A program made the position numbers and the translations under genes. This document shows, in pieces, positions 63,922 to 64,000 of a stretch of 64,000 nucleotides of DNA. The notes below the pieces were generated by a model that saw only the letters and a program-made list of their open reading frames with translations, did no database searches and was not told where the DNA came from. The stretch is taken from the NCBI GenBank assembly GCA_965649055.1, contig CBFGJG010000003.1:22998-86997 (forward strand), given 5' to 3'. Numbering within the stretch: the first letter of the stretch is position 1; the number at the start of each line of letters is the position of its first letter. Origin of the DNA: a candidate division WOR-3 bacterium. GTDB lineage: Bacteria > Hydrothermota > UBA3072 > B12-G15.

Positions 63922-64000
63922 ATGAATAAAGAAAGTCTAACCACCCTTATTGATAATTTAATACAAAAACTTGCTGTTGGCAAGTTAAATTCTAAAGATT
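63922..64000 (+). CDS. Hypothetical protein, 5' fragment (runs off window)
   Basis: AGGAGG 6 nt upstream of the ATG at 63922. The frame is open to the window end (MNKESLTTLIDNLIQKLAVGKLNSKD...). Confidence 0.35.
   Translation, partial: MNKESLTTLIDNLIQKLAVGKLNSKD

Noticed and set aside
1-64000. CRISPR arrays, rRNA genes, IS elements and transposases
   Set aside because: No regularly spaced direct repeats, no rRNA-like conserved stretches, and no transposase/integrase-like ORFs were recognised on either strand.

Overview
The window is AT-rich (roughly 30% GC) bacterial chromosomal DNA with dense coding and many 4-bp (ATGA) start/stop overlaps. Five proteins end in the conserved C-terminal sorting domain of the type IX secretion system (T9SS), here called the T9SS CTD, and two outer-membrane barrels resemble the T9SS cargo shuttle PorV. 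Together these place the source in an uncultured FCB-group-like lineage.

Main content, from left to right:
- trmB, followed by a roughly 12-kb translationally coupled minus-strand operon: PfkB kinase, lipoprotein, three T9SS-CTD proteins (one a giant gingipain/C25-like peptidase), a PorV-like barrel, phosphomannomutase and a DUF362-ferredoxin protein.
- An exopolysaccharide-export module: a Wza-like fragment, a Wzc-type tyrosine autokinase (BY-kinase) with a His/Tyr tail, and a coiled-coil protein.
- tRNA-Leu(GAG), galT, glgC, a response regulator with a GAF-histidine kinase, truD and a gamma-carbonic anhydrase.
- A TCA-type cluster: sucCD, the korD ferredoxin, a two-subunit class I fumarase and korABC.
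- accA and a DUF4388 protein, then a type IV minor-pilin operon ending in a vWA-containing PilY1-like protein.
- A DAG-kinase-like gene and an AbiEi/AbiEii toxin-antitoxin (TA) pair, then leuS.
- A duplicated divergent two-gene module of polytopic membrane proteins paired with GT-C-like (ArnT/PMT-like) membrane glycosyltransferases.
- A T9SS-tagged PETase/cutinase-like esterase, an MFS transporter, a frameshifted PNPOx-like gene, a CYTH-domain gene and mnmA.

A recurring regulatory signature is a near-consensus sigma-70 promoter (TTGACA, 16-17 nt, TATAAT-like) sitting only about 6-9 nt before the ATG, implying leaderless mRNAs. No rRNA, CRISPR array, transposase or integrase was recognised.
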